Assembly (NCBI GenBank): GCA_049521795.1
Contig: JBEKOM010000005.1
Span: 32,001-96,000, forward strand
DNA: 64,000 nucleotides
Source: Candidatus Bathyarchaeia archaeon
GTDB lineage: Archaea; Thermoproteota; Bathyarchaeia; Bathyarchaeales; Bathycorpusculaceae
Reading direction: 5' to 3'
Numbering within the stretch: the stretch's first letter is position 1; each line of letters starts with the position of its first letter. The notes under the pieces are model-generated. The model made no database searches, was not told the origin of the DNA, and worked only from the letters and a program-made list of their open reading frames with translations. Below are positions 1-10,021 of this stretch, piece by piece. A program made the position numbers and the translations under genes.

Positions 1-313
1 CAAAGTTAACGGGGTTTCCTGCGATCAAGAAGGGCAGACATCGAGACGTTCCCTTAACGCGTTTCAGAAGCACTTCTTCAGCCCGCTCCCAGCTGCAATC
101 CAAACCGGCCAGTCCAAACTCTTCAACACGCTCTTTGTCGGCGGGAGAAAAGGCAACTTCTGAAAAAGGATTGAGAACAATAGCCCTCTTTGGGAGGTAC
201 CTTATTTGAAGAACTTCACGGACGAGTCCAAATCGTCTGAGCTTCGACGCACTACATTTTCTTGGATCATCTTGCTTCGCGTTGTAAACGACGATCTTAA
301 CTTGCCTTTGCAC
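1..313 (-). CDS. tsr3: 16S rRNA aminocarboxypropyltransferase Tsr3 (DUF367), runs off the window start
   Basis: Manual translation from GTG at 313: MQRQVKIVVYNAKQDDPRKCSASKLRRFGL...VLNPFSEVAFSPADK...GLDCSWE...RCLPFLIAGNPVNF, with Tsr3 motifs DP.KCS..KL, LDCSW and LP.L.A.NPVN. Not in the ORF track because it is partial. Confidence 0.9.
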   Translation of the reverse strand, partial: MQRQVKIVVYNAKQDDPRKCSASKLRRFGLVREVLQIRYLPKRAIVLNPFSEVAFSPADKERVEEFGLAGLDCSWERAEEVLLKRVKGTSRCLPFLIAGNPVNF

Positions 314-1832
314 GTGCTTCCTGCACCCTTGCATGATCCATCGGGTTATTCAGAACGTACGGAATCCAGTCGAGAAGGTCTGATGCGACCATGTGGGGTC
401 CAATTTCTTGGAAGACGAAGTCTCCGGCAGCTCCGTTAACGAACGCGCCTGCGACAGCCGCCTCAAACGGGTCGACTTTTTGAGCGAGGAAAGCTCCAAC
501 GATTCCTGAGAGCACGTCTCCTGTGCCGCCGACTGTCATACCAGGGTTGCCTGTAAAGTTGAGTTTCAAACGGTCTCCGTCAGAGATTAAGTCAACGTGC
601 CCCTTCAACAGTATGACCGCGTTGAGCTTTGCCGCTGTCTTTAGCACTTCCGTGACTTTCTGAGAAAACGCGTCTGGCAGTTTTCTCCCCGTCAGTATAG
701 CGTACTCTCCAGCGTGCGGAGTTAAGATCAGGGGCACTTTGAGCTTTCTCTTGAAACCCGCGAAAGCCTTCAAACCGTCTGCGTCCAAGAGCAACGGCTT
801 TCCAGCATGTTCGACGGTGTCAACGATCGCCTTAACGGCCTCACTGGTTTCATCGTGCAAGCCGAGACCTGGACCCAAGACGACGGCGTTACAAGTCTCC
901 ACGTGTTCTTTCAACTCTGAAACGTTGCTCAGGTTCAAGTGACTTCCCGCAAGCTTTATCGTTATCAAGTCTGGCGACAGTGACGAGATGGCGACGGCGG
1001 TCTTCTCCGGGGCAGCAAGATAGGCTAGGTCAGCGCCAGTGCGCAGAGCGGCCTGTGCCACAAACGTGGGAGCACCTGAGAAAACTTCGCTTCCACCGAT
1101 AACCAGTAAACGTCCAAAATCGCCCTTGTGCGACTCTGATGGCCTTGGCTTCACGACTGCCAGAACGTCGCCTGGACCCGCGTAACTCTCAAACTCTTTA
1201 GGCAAACCTATGCGCTTCACGACCAGTTCGCCGACGAACTTCTTGGCTTTCTCAAGTCCCTTCTTCGACCTGTGAAAAGTTATCGTCAAATCAGCCTTCA
1301 CGGCTGCTCCGAGAACTTCTCCAGTGTCCGAGTCGATCCCGGTTGGCACGTCAACGGCAACTCGGAAAGCATCCACCGCGTTGATCTTCTTGACCAGCTG
1401 TAGAACCGGCGGCCTCAGGCTTCCTTTAGTGCCCGTTCCAAGCAGCGCGTCAACCACCACGTCCGCGTCTACTTCCGGTATCAGCGTGCTGTCGTAGACT
1501 TCATGCAAGACTATTGTGTCTTGCAGAACCTGCAGTGCTTTATGATTTTGTAGAGCTTCCTTGTCCAAGATGTCCTTGCTCTTGCCCGCAAGAATTACCG
1601 TGACTTTGAAGCCCATAGAAGAGAGGTGTCTCGCGGCGACGAATCCGTCCCCGCCGTTTCCGCCCAACCCGCAGAAGATCGCAACAGACTTTCCCGGTTT
1701 GAAGCGTGAAGCAACCTGGCAGGCGACGCAGTGCCCAGCGTTCTCCATCAACAGAAGCCTAGGGACACCGAAGTACTCAGAGTTAACTTCCAGAACGCGC
1801 ATTTCTCGGCTGGTCAATGCATCTTTCAACAA
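297..1832 (-). CDS. nnr: Bifunctional NAD(P)H-hydrate epimerase/dehydratase (YjeF/Nnr)
   Basis: LMENAG, GNGGDG and DALLGTG (epimerase); SHKGDFG, GPGLG, TPHAGE and GGTGDVLSG (dehydratase). Confidence 0.95.
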   Translation of the reverse strand: MLKDALTSREMRVLEVNSEYFGVPRLLLMENAGHCVACQVASRFKPGKSVAIFCGLGGNGGDGFVAARHLSSMGFKVTVILAGKSKDILDKEALQNHKALQVLQDTIVLHEVYDSTLIPEVDADVVVDALLGTGTKGSLRPPVLQLVKKINAVDAFRVAVDVPTGIDSDTGEVLGAAVKADLTITFHRSKKGLEKAKKFVGELVVKRIGLPKEFESYAGPGDVLAVVKPRPSESHKGDFGRLLVIGGSEVFSGAPTFVAQAALRTGADLAYLAAPEKTAVAISSLSPDLITIKLAGSHLNLSNVSELKEHVETCNAVVLGPGLGLHDETSEAVKAIVDTVEHAGKPLLLDADGLKAFAGFKRKLKVPLILTPHAGEYAILTGRKLPDAFSQKVTEVLKTAAKLNAVILLKGHVDLISDGDRLKLNFTGNPGMTVGGTGDVLSGIVGAFLAQKVDPFEAAVAGAFVNGAAGDFVFQEIGPHMVASDLLDWIPYVLNNPMDHARVQEARAKAS

Positions 1833-1990
1833 GCCTGGAGCCCCAGTAGCCTAGTGCTTTGAAACTGAAGATAAGCATATCCGTTAGTCCTGATACGCAA
1901 CATTTCCTGAAATATGCCGTAGTAAGGCCAGCAGGGCTCGCAGCAAAACATTTTAATGCAGAGAGCCAAACAATAGAGGCGGAGATGCAA

Positions 1991-2233
1991 ATGCCAACGG
2001 CATTCGTGTTGATAAATACAGAAATCGGTTCAGAAGCAGACGTGCTGAAAGACCTGAAGAAGGTAGAGGGAGTTGAAGAAGCAAACGCTGTCTACGGAGT
2101 CTACGACATAATAGCAAGAGTGAAGGCAGACACGATGGACAGACTGAAAGAGATCGTGACGTGGAAGGTCAGGAGACTCGACAAGGTCAGGTCAACGCTG
2201 ACCATGATCGTCGTTGAAGAAGGAGCAAAATAG
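1991..2233 (+). CDS. Lrp/AsnC ligand-binding-domain protein
   Basis: MPTAFVLINTEIG...VYGVYDIIARV...VRSTLTMIV, a stand-alone AsnC C-terminal domain; start placed at ATG 1991. Confidence 0.9.
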   Translation: MPTAFVLINTEIGSEADVLKDLKKVEGVEEANAVYGVYDIIARVKADTMDRLKEIVTWKVRRLDKVRSTLTMIVVEEGAK

Positions 2234-2320
2234 CAAGCACTCCCCCTTTTTATCGAAGACAAACAATCCCTTTATTTACGTTCTATTCTGACTTATTCGA
2301 AAGAGAACAGGCTGCTCTGA

Positions 2321-3658
2321 ATGAAGAAAACGATGCACATTGGACTCGACGATACGGACTCGACCAGAAGGGGGTGCACAACTTACGTCGCAGCTCTCCT
2401 CGTGGAGAAACTGCTAAAGCTGGACGCCGATTTCATCGACTATCCTAACTTGATCAGGCTGAACCCTAACGTTCCCTGGAAAACGAGGGGAAACGGCGCA
2501 CTGTGCCTCAGAATTCAGCTTGATGAAGGTGTTGCGGACAAAGTCAAGGAAACAGTGATCTCGACAGTTGAGAATCAAGCGGACATGGAATGCAGAGGCA
2601 CAGACCCAGGCATAGTGGTTTTTCAGTCACCCACGATTCCGAGGGAACTCGGCACTTTTGCAAGAAAGACCATAACAGGAGTAGTAAACCTGCAAGATGC
2701 AACGAGGCTCCTAAAGAAGTTTAAAGGTGAGGCAATCGGATTCAAGAGTGGCAGAGGAGTCATCGGCGCGTTGGCAGCTGTTGGAGAGAACCTGCAAGCA
2801 GACCACACGTACGAAATCATCGCGTACCGGACTCCGGAAAACATTGGGTCAAAGCGAATGGTAGATGAGGCTTCAGTCTTTGAGATGGACGCGGCAACGA
2901 GGCCATACACGTTCAACAACGTCGATGCGGAGAAGAGAAGGGTCATAATCACTCCTCGAGGACCAGACCCGATTCTTTTCGGCATACGAGGCGAAAGCGC
3001 AAAAATCGTGAAAAATGCTTTTCAAATGCTCAAGGTTCTTGAACCCATCGAGAGATGGGTCATCTTTCGCACGAATCAAGGAACGGACGCACATCTCAAA
3101 CGAGTTGAGAAGCTAAGCGGGATAACGCCCTACAGTCCACTCATCGCGAGGGGAACAGTCTCGGCTGGCCCTAGGATGATTCGGGGAAGACACGTGATCT
3201 TCTCGATTAAAGACGAGAGCTGTGAAGTGGATTGCGCAGCCTACGAACCCACGGGAGCTCTTCGCGCCGTGGTAAAGAAACTGATCGTTGGGGATCAAGT
3301 GGAAGTCTACGGTGGTGTCCGTTCCCCTTTGCCGAGCACGCCTCTGACCATAAACCTTGAGAAAATCCGATTGCTGAAGCTTGCATCACAAATCGTCTTT
3401 CACAACCCGCTGTGTTCAAGATGCGGGAAACGACTCAAGTCAATGGGAAAGGAAAAGGGTTTCAGATGCGACAGGTGCGACGCGAGATACCCTTCTCTCA
3501 CAAAGGTTGAGGCTAAAGTGAAACGGGAAGTAAGAAGAGGCCTTTACATAACTTCGACCCGGTCTCAGAGACACTTGACTAAGCCTTTTGTCCGTTATGG
3601 GATGGAGAAGCGCCATGAACAGGTTGAAGAATTGTCGAGCGAATGGCACTTCCCCTGA
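2321..3658 (+). CDS. tiaS: tRNA(Ile2) agmatidine (2-agmatinylcytidine) synthetase
   Basis: IGLDDTDS..GCTTY, LIRLNPNVPWKTRGNGA, TNQGTDAHL, AYEPT and a C-terminal Zn ribbon. Confidence 0.95.
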   Translation: MKKTMHIGLDDTDSTRRGCTTYVAALLVEKLLKLDADFIDYPNLIRLNPNVPWKTRGNGALCLRIQLDEGVADKVKETVISTVENQADMECRGTDPGIVVFQSPTIPRELGTFARKTITGVVNLQDATRLLKKFKGEAIGFKSGRGVIGALAAVGENLQADHTYEIIAYRTPENIGSKRMVDEASVFEMDAATRPYTFNNVDAEKRRVIITPRGPDPILFGIRGESAKIVKNAFQMLKVLEPIERWVIFRTNQGTDAHLKRVEKLSGITPYSPLIARGTVSAGPRMIRGRHVIFSIKDESCEVDCAAYEPTGALRAVVKKLIVGDQVEVYGGVRSPLPSTPLTINLEKIRLLKLASQIVFHNPLCSRCGKRLKSMGKEKGFRCDRCDARYPSLTKVEAKVKREVRRGLYITSTRSQRHLTKPFVRYGMEKRHEQVEELSSEWHFP

Positions 3659-3660
3659 GG

Positions 3661-3912
3661 CTATTTTTGATCTACCTTGAAGATCTCTTGCAGCATCTCG
3701 TACAGCTCGTCGCCCCCCTCAACCTTTGAGAAGAGGTCTTTTTCCGCTTTAAGCAGTCTTCCCATAGTCGAGTATGTTTGTCGCCACTCCAGCTCCTTCC
3801 ACATTAAGCGGTAATTCTTCAGTTCAAGCCATGCGCGGAAAACGAGGACTGCGAACATGCCGAGCGTCGCCAACAGATTCAGTATGTATATGTCCAGTAT
3901 TTCGTCTGCCAT
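3661..3912 (-). CDS. Small membrane-anchored hypothetical protein
   Basis: 83-aa ORF with N-terminal hydrophobic helix; GGAGGTG upstream. Confidence 0.7.
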   Translation of the reverse strand: MADEILDIYILNLLATLGMFAVLVFRAWLELKNYRLMWKELEWRQTYSTMGRLLKAEKDLFSKVEGGDELYEMLQEIFKVDQK

Positions 3913-4005
3913 CGTCCACCTCCTCCTTGCTCTTTAGCCCTAATTTATCGGCAAAACGCATTTAAATCAGACTCTGACTAGCTTGAAACAGAGAGAAGGC
4001 TCGGC

Positions 4006-4314
4006 TTGAGCGAGGTTGTCTCGCCACTTGTTTTCCAGTTGGGCGTCGGCGGGGTAGGCGGCTTCATCGTCGGGTTTGCCCTCAAGAAGCTCAGCAAGCT
4101 CGTACCCGTTCTGATAGGTGTTTTCATACTGGCGCTTATCTACTTGAGCACGCGAGGCATAATTAACATAAACTATGATGTCCTCTGAACCGCACTGACA
4201 GGTTTGCTCGGCTCAGCTGGCTCAGCGTTCTCACGGCTGATCGGCGTCATATCAATACTGCCTTTCGCGGGAAGTTTCATCACGGGCTTCCTCATAAGGC
4301 TCAAACTTGGATGA
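4006..4314 (+). pseudogene. FUN14-family membrane protein interrupted by an in-frame TGA (4186-4188)
   Basis: QLGVGGVGGFIVGFALKKLSK...GIININYDVL*TALTGLLG...LPFAGSFITGF.....G*; the FUN14-like sequence continues in frame past the stop. Confidence 0.75.
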
Positions 4315-4463
4315 GGATCGCTTCGAAGCCGGGACTTGCGAAAGTGAAGACGCGAGGAGGGCCTATGAGCGTCAGCGAAGACGTTCAGCGAAATAGTTTA
4401 AATGTCCGTTTCTTGTTAATTCTTTGAAAAATCTGGTTCCTTAGTTCGTCGGAGCGACTGAAG

Positions 4464-7256
4464 TTGAAGAGATTTCCAGCTGAGGAGTACGATCTTCCGT
4501 TTTTCCATGAACAAGGGTTCGTTAGAAAGCTGTGCCCCAAGTGCGATACGTACTTTTGGACTCAGAACCCGCAGCAAGAAACTTGTGGCGAAGCAACGTC
4601 AGAAGGCTGCGCTTCATACACTTTTTTGAATAATCCTCCGACAAAGAAAAGCTACAACCTGCGTGAAATGCGCGAATCCTTCCTCTCATTCTTCGAAAAA
4701 CATGGACACGCACGCATAAAACCCTACCCGGTTGTAGCAAGATGGAGAGAAGACCTCTACCTGACACACGCAAGCATAATCGACTTCCAACCGTACGTGA
4801 CCGACGGGCTTGCACCGCCTCCGGCGAACCCCCTGGTCATTTCTCAACCCTGCATCCGACTCGTCGACATTGACAACACCGGACCCACCTTTGGCAGACA
4901 TCTGACAATCTTTGAGATGGGCGGCGCACACGCGTTCAACTACCCAGACAAGGAGGTCTACTGGAAAGACCAGACGGTGCGTTATCAGCACGAATGGGTC
5001 ACGAAAGACCTTGGCGTGAAGTCTCACGAGATAACGTATAAGGAAGCGGTCTGGGTAGGCGGCGGAAACGCGGGTCCTTGCGTCGAATCGATTATCCGAG
5101 GCCTCGAGGTTGACACGCTCGTTTTCATGCAGTACAAGGTCACAAAAAGCGAGTTCGTTAAGCTGCCGATCCGAACGGTAGACACGGGCTACGGCATAGA
5201 CCGTTACGCGTGGGTTTCTCAAGGTGCGCCAAGCGGGTTTCACGCGATCTACGGTGAACTTCTTGCTAGAATATTCAAGATGGCCGGGTTAACAAAAATC
5301 GACAACGAGATGCTCGTGAAAGTGGCAAGGGTCTCGGGCTTGGTGAGCCTGGACAAAGCAGCAAGCAGGCTGGAAACAAGAAAGAAGGAGGCTGAGCTTG
5401 TCGGGATGAAAGCAAGCGAACTGGACAGGTTCGTCGGTCCAATTGAGAATGCCTTCGCAGTGGCCGACCACACGAAATGCTTGAGTTTCATACTTTCTGA
5501 AGGTGTCGTCCCTTCGAACATTCAGGAAGGATACTTGGCCAGACTCGTCTTCCGAAGAATTTACCGACTGCTGAAAGCGCTCGACATTCCGGACAAACTG
5601 TACGACATCATGGACATGCAAGTTGACCTATGGCGTGAAGACTTTCCACGTCTTAGGGAGATGCGTGACGAGATTATGGAGATGGTGAAGGTCGAAGAGA
5701 AGAAGTTCGAGGAAACGATCAAGCGCGGCGAGGGAATGGTTAAGCGCATCTCTGCAGAATTGAAAGAAAAGGGCAGGAAAGAGGTGCCTGCAGAAACGTT
5801 GACGGAGCTTTACGACTCTCACGGGCTACCACCTGAGATCGTCAAACAGGCAGCGGAGAAAGAAGGCCTCAAAGTGGAGGTTCCGGACAACTTCTACAAT
5901 CTGATCGCTGAGAGACACTTGCAGGTGTCTAAACCAGTCGAAGAAGAAGCCACGTCCAAAGAGTGGCTAGAAAAAGCTGTTGCAGACCTTCCGCGAACAG
6001 AACAGCTCTACTACGAGGATCAATACTTGAAGGAGTTTGACGCAAAGGTTCTGAAAGTGGTCCAAAACGAGTTTATAGTGTTTGACAGAACCTGCTTCTT
6101 CCCAGAGGGCGGAGGTCAACCGCCAGACACGGGCCACATCAGGTTTGACGGAAAAACAGCAGAGATAACTGACGTCCAAAAAGTTGGCACCGTCATAGTT
6201 CACAGGATAAAGGGCGACGCTCCTGAAGAAGGCCAGAAAGTGAAGGGCACTATCGCCTGGGATAAGCGTTACAGTCTCATGAAGAATCACACGGCAACAC
6301 ACGTCATCGGCGGGGCAGCGAAACGAGTGCTCGGACAGCACGTTTGGCAGTACGGAACACAGAAGGGCATAGAGTCCTCAAGGCTTGACATCTCCCATTA
6401 TCGCAGGTTGACGCTGGATGAAGTTCAGAAGATAGAGACTTTGGCAAACGAAGCAGTCCTAAGAAACATTCACGTTGACGTCACGTGGATGCCCAGAAAC
6501 GAAGCTGAAAGCCGGTATGGTTTTCGACTTTATCAGGGCGGAGCGGTTCCCGGCAAGGAGATCCGCGTCGTGAGAGCCGGAGACTGGGACGTCGAAGCCT
6601 GCGCGGGAACCCATCTGAACAGCACAGGGGAAATCGGCTTCATCAAAATAGTGCACTCAGAAAGAGTCCAGGACGGCGTTGAAAGACTCGAATACTCCGT
6701 GGGAATTCCAGCGGTCAAGGCCGTTCAAGCGAACGAGAGACTTCTCGTCAAGCTTTCAGAAACGTTGAACGCACCGTTTGAGAAGCTGAACCAAACGGCT
6801 GAAAAAACGGTCAAAGAATTGAAAGAAGCAAACGTCGAAAGGCGGAAGCTCATCAAGGAGCTGGCAACGCGGGAAAGCACAGATGTGAACCCAGAAACGG
6901 CCGCCAAAGGTAAAGAAGTAGGCGGCATAAACATCGTGCTCCGCGATTTTCAGGGATCGGTTGACGTTGACCGCATGGTTCAAACAGCGACTGAAATGAT
7001 CAAGAGGAACGAGGCAACTGTAACGATATTCTATGGTGCAGATGAGAAGAACGCTAGGATAATGGTCATGGCAGGAAAAACCGCGCTTGAAAAAGGCGTG
7101 AACGCAGGCGAAATAGTGAGAGAGGCTTCAAAACTCATAGGCGGCGGAGGAGGAGGAAGACCCAACTTCGCCCAAGGCGGCGGAACACAAGTTGAAAACG
7201 TGCAAGAAGCCGCCAAAAAAGCGGAGGAAGCCTTGAAAAAACAGTTGAAACCTTGA
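4464..7256 (+). CDS. alaS: Alanine--tRNA ligase (archaeal type)
   Basis: ASIIDFQP, DTGYGIDR, ADHTK, editing HTATH...CAGTH, C-terminal GGGGGRPNFAQGGG. Confidence 0.98.
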   Translation: MKRFPAEEYDLPFFHEQGFVRKLCPKCDTYFWTQNPQQETCGEATSEGCASYTFLNNPPTKKSYNLREMRESFLSFFEKHGHARIKPYPVVARWREDLYLTHASIIDFQPYVTDGLAPPPANPLVISQPCIRLVDIDNTGPTFGRHLTIFEMGGAHAFNYPDKEVYWKDQTVRYQHEWVTKDLGVKSHEITYKEAVWVGGGNAGPCVESIIRGLEVDTLVFMQYKVTKSEFVKLPIRTVDTGYGIDRYAWVSQGAPSGFHAIYGELLARIFKMAGLTKIDNEMLVKVARVSGLVSLDKAASRLETRKKEAELVGMKASELDRFVGPIENAFAVADHTKCLSFILSEGVVPSNIQEGYLARLVFRRIYRLLKALDIPDKLYDIMDMQVDLWREDFPRLREMRDEIMEMVKVEEKKFEETIKRGEGMVKRISAELKEKGRKEVPAETLTELYDSHGLPPEIVKQAAEKEGLKVEVPDNFYNLIAERHLQVSKPVEEEATSKEWLEKAVADLPRTEQLYYEDQYLKEFDAKVLKVVQNEFIVFDRTCFFPEGGGQPPDTGHIRFDGKTAEITDVQKVGTVIVHRIKGDAPEEGQKVKGTIAWDKRYSLMKNHTATHVIGGAAKRVLGQHVWQYGTQKGIESSRLDISHYRRLTLDEVQKIETLANEAVLRNIHVDVTWMPRNEAESRYGFRLYQGGAVPGKEIRVVRAGDWDVEACAGTHLNSTGEIGFIKIVHSERVQDGVERLEYSVGIPAVKAVQANERLLVKLSETLNAPFEKLNQTAEKTVKELKEANVERRKLIKELATRESTDVNPETAAKGKEVGGINIVLRDFQGSVDVDRMVQTATEMIKRNEATVTIFYGADEKNARIMVMAGKTALEKGVNAGEIVREASKLIGGGGGGRPNFAQGGGTQVENVQEAAKKAEEALKKQLKP

Positions 7257-7311
7257 AGTGAAGTTTTTAGGAGACATTCCATCTCAATACACCATGCTTT
7301 GAGGAGTACGG

Positions 7312-8460
7312 ATGAAGTATAGAAGCTTTGGAAAACTAAAATGGAAAGTTTCAGCTCTCGGGTTCGGCGCGATGAGACTGCCGATCCTTGGAAATGACGC
7401 TGCAAAAATCGACGAGCCTGAAGCTATCCGCATGATAAGGCACGCGATCGATAATGGCGTGAACTACTTGGACACTGCGTATCCGTATCACCGGGGAAAT
7501 GCGGAGACTTTGGTTGGAAAAGCGCTACAGAACGGGTACAGGGAGAAGATCAAGCTGGCCACAAAGATGCCAACGTGGCTCATCAAATCCGAACAGGACA
7601 TGGACAAGTATCTGGAAGAACAGCTAGGCAGGCTCTGCGTGAAGCAGGTCGATTTCTACCTTCTGCACGGACTGACCGGCGAGCGTTGGCAGAAGCTCAC
7701 GGAACTGAACGTGTTGAAATGGCTTGAGAAGAAAACAGACGTTGGAAAGATCAGCGGTTTTGGCTTCAGTTTTCACGACGAATACGAGGTGTTCAAGAAG
7801 ATCGTAGACAGCTCTGACGGGTGGACCCTGTGCCAGATCCAGTACAACTATATGGACTCGAACTATCAAGCTGGTACAAGAGGGCTGAAGTATGCCGCGT
7901 CGCAAGGTCTCGCGGTCGTAGTTATGGAGCCGATCGCCGGCGGAAGACTGGGTGTTAAGCCGCCAGCTGAGATCGAGGCTGCTTGGGATGAAGCAGACTT
8001 CAAAAGAACCCCAGCGGAGTGGGCCCTGCAGTGGGTTTGGAACCAGCCTGAAGTGTCCGTGGCGCTCAGCGGTATGAGCACGATGGAGCAGGTTGAGGAG
8101 AACCTTCGAAGCGCAGACCGTTCGGGCCCAGGAACTCTGACCGAAAGGGAACTTCAACTTATCGACCGAGTCAAGGCGAAGTACACGCAGTTCGGTTTCG
8201 TCGGGTGTACAGGCTGCAGATACTGCCTACCGTGTCCTGAAGGAGTGAACATCCCAGAGATAATCTCGCTTTACAATGAGTACTATATGAAGGACAAGGA
8301 CGATGAGATAAAGAAAAAGTACTGGGAGCACATCACAAAAGAAAGCCAAGCGAAAAGATGCGCCAGATGCGGAACGTGCGAGGAGCTCTGCCCACAGAAG
8401 CTCACGGTAAGAGACATCCTCAACAGAGCGGCATGGATATTCGAACAAGACACTGGTTAG
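7312..8460 (+). CDS. Aldo/keto reductase with C-terminal 4Fe-4S domain
   Basis: LGFGAMRLP, YLDTAYPYH, CTGCRYCLPCP, CARCGTCEELCPQ. Confidence 0.92.
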   Translation: MKYRSFGKLKWKVSALGFGAMRLPILGNDAAKIDEPEAIRMIRHAIDNGVNYLDTAYPYHRGNAETLVGKALQNGYREKIKLATKMPTWLIKSEQDMDKYLEEQLGRLCVKQVDFYLLHGLTGERWQKLTELNVLKWLEKKTDVGKISGFGFSFHDEYEVFKKIVDSSDGWTLCQIQYNYMDSNYQAGTRGLKYAASQGLAVVVMEPIAGGRLGVKPPAEIEAAWDEADFKRTPAEWALQWVWNQPEVSVALSGMSTMEQVEENLRSADRSGPGTLTERELQLIDRVKAKYTQFGFVGCTGCRYCLPCPEGVNIPEIISLYNEYYMKDKDDEIKKKYWEHITKESQAKRCARCGTCEELCPQKLTVRDILNRAAWIFEQDTG

Positions 8461-8485
8461 GCTAAGTTTGTTGTTCGGTGTCTCG

Positions 8486-9130
8486 ATGATTAAAGCCGTA
8501 CTGTTTGACATGGACGGAGTGATAGCAGAAACTGAACACGTTCACGTCGAAGCGGAGAAGAAGACCTTGCTGAAGTACGGCGTTCAAATCACTGAGGATG
8601 AACTGCACCGATACACAGGGACGACGGCCAAGCAGATGTTCATGGAACTGATCGCAAAATACAAGCTTGACACGACGTTCGAGAAAATATTCAACGAGAA
8701 AGAAGAGATCATGTTCAAACTGCTCGAAATGGACACTCAGCCAGTAAAGGGAGTCATTGAGTTAATCTGTAAGCTGAAAGAAGAGCATGTGAAGTTAGCA
8801 GTGGCTTCGAGTTCGCATAGGAGATTGGTTCAGTACGTCTTGAGAAAGCTGGAGATTACCGAGCTTTTTGATTCAATAATCACCGCGGAAGACGTTGCAC
8901 ACGGCAAACCGGACCCAGAGATATTCTTGATGTCCGCAAAGAGGTTGAAGGTCAGTCCGGCTGAATGTTTGGTGGTTGAGGATGCAAAGTTGGGCGTAGA
9001 AGCCGCGAAAAAGGCGGGGATGAAATGCCTAGGTTACAGAAATCCGCACAGTGGAAATCAAGACTTGTCAAAGGCGGACATCGTGACGGATGACTTCTCC
9101 AGCCTAGACGTTCAGAAACTGCTTTCGTGA
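8486..9130 (+). CDS. HAD-family phosphatase (beta-phosphoglucomutase-like)
   Basis: FDMDGV, ASSS, GKPDPEIF, VVEDA. Confidence 0.9.
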   Translation: MIKAVLFDMDGVIAETEHVHVEAEKKTLLKYGVQITEDELHRYTGTTAKQMFMELIAKYKLDTTFEKIFNEKEEIMFKLLEMDTQPVKGVIELICKLKEEHVKLAVASSSHRRLVQYVLRKLEITELFDSIITAEDVAHGKPDPEIFLMSAKRLKVSPAECLVVEDAKLGVEAAKKAGMKCLGYRNPHSGNQDLSKADIVTDDFSSLDVQKLLS

Positions 9131-9154
9131 ACACGCGATTGGAGCCAGAAGCAA

Positions 9155-10021
9155 ATGACAGAAAGACTCACAAAGGTTGAGTTTAGCAACTTGGAGAAGG
9201 TCCTGTATCCTGAACTGAAGGTCACGAAAGCGCAGGTCATCGAATACTACATCAAGGTAGCTCCGAAAATGCTGAATCTGCTGACTGACAGACCGATAGT
9301 CATGACGAGGTTTCCCAACGGCATAGATAAGGAGGGATTCTATGAGAAAGACGCTCCGCAGGGCACGCCGGCTTGGGTGAAAACGTTCAGAAGATACTCT
9401 GAGACCGCAGAGCGAGAGATAAACTACGTACTCTGCAATAATCTTGACACGCTTCTATGGTTGGCAAACCTTGCCTCCTTAGAAATTCACATGACACTTT
9501 CGAAAGCAGACTCTTTTGAAAACCCAGACCTCGTCGTGTTTGACCTAGACCCGAAACCTCCAGCGGATTATGACGACGTCGTCGAGGTTGCTCTCATGAT
9601 AAAAGAGAGACTGGACGACCTGAGCTTGACGTCTTACGTCAAAACTTCCGGAAAAAAGGGGCTCCACATCATCCTGCCCATCGTTAAGGGCTACACTTTC
9701 CAGCAGACCAGAGAATTCGTCCAAAAGATCGCGGCATACGTGGGAAAACAGACTGAGAAAGTCGTTGCACAGCGTTCTAAGTCAGACACGCCTGGAAAAG
9801 TCTACTTAGACTACGTGCAGAACTCGCATGGAAGGACGATGGTTTGTCCGTACAGCACGAGAGCTACACCGCGAGCCACGGTGTCAACGCCGCTTGAATG
9901 GAGCGACGTTAAGAAAGGATTAAACCCAGAAGAATTCAATCTGTTCAGCGTGGTTAAGGTCTCCAAGAGTCCTTGGGAAGGATTGTTGGAGAACATGCAG
10001 AAGTTGGAGGCGAATGGATAA
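9155..10021 (+). CDS. ligD: LigD-type primase-polymerase (NHEJ Pol domain, stand-alone)
   Basis: SNLEKVLYP, RFPNGI...FYEK, DLVVFDLDP (DxD), KTSGKKGLH, YLDYVQN...TMVCPYSTRA..ATVSTPLEW. Confidence 0.93.
   Translation: MTERLTKVEFSNLEKVLYPELKVTKAQVIEYYIKVAPKMLNLLTDRPIVMTRFPNGIDKEGFYEKDAPQGTPAWVKTFRRYSETAEREINYVLCNNLDTLLWLANLASLEIHMTLSKADSFENPDLVVFDLDPKPPADYDDVVEVALMIKERLDDLSLTSYVKTSGKKGLHIILPIVKGYTFQQTREFVQKIAAYVGKQTEKVVAQRSKSDTPGKVYLDYVQNSHGRTMVCPYSTRATPRATVSTPLEWSDVKKGLNPEEFNLFSVVKVSKSPWEGLLENMQKLEANG

Noticed and set aside
4186-4188. In-frame UGA as selenocysteine or readthrough
   Set aside because: The position fits Trp in a membrane protein, there is no Cys/redox context, no SECIS is evident, and other substitutions suggest decay.
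4311-4370. Possible C/D box sRNA (ATGAGGA...GTGAAGA...ATGA)
   Set aside because: The boxes are degenerate and I could not identify a guide target.
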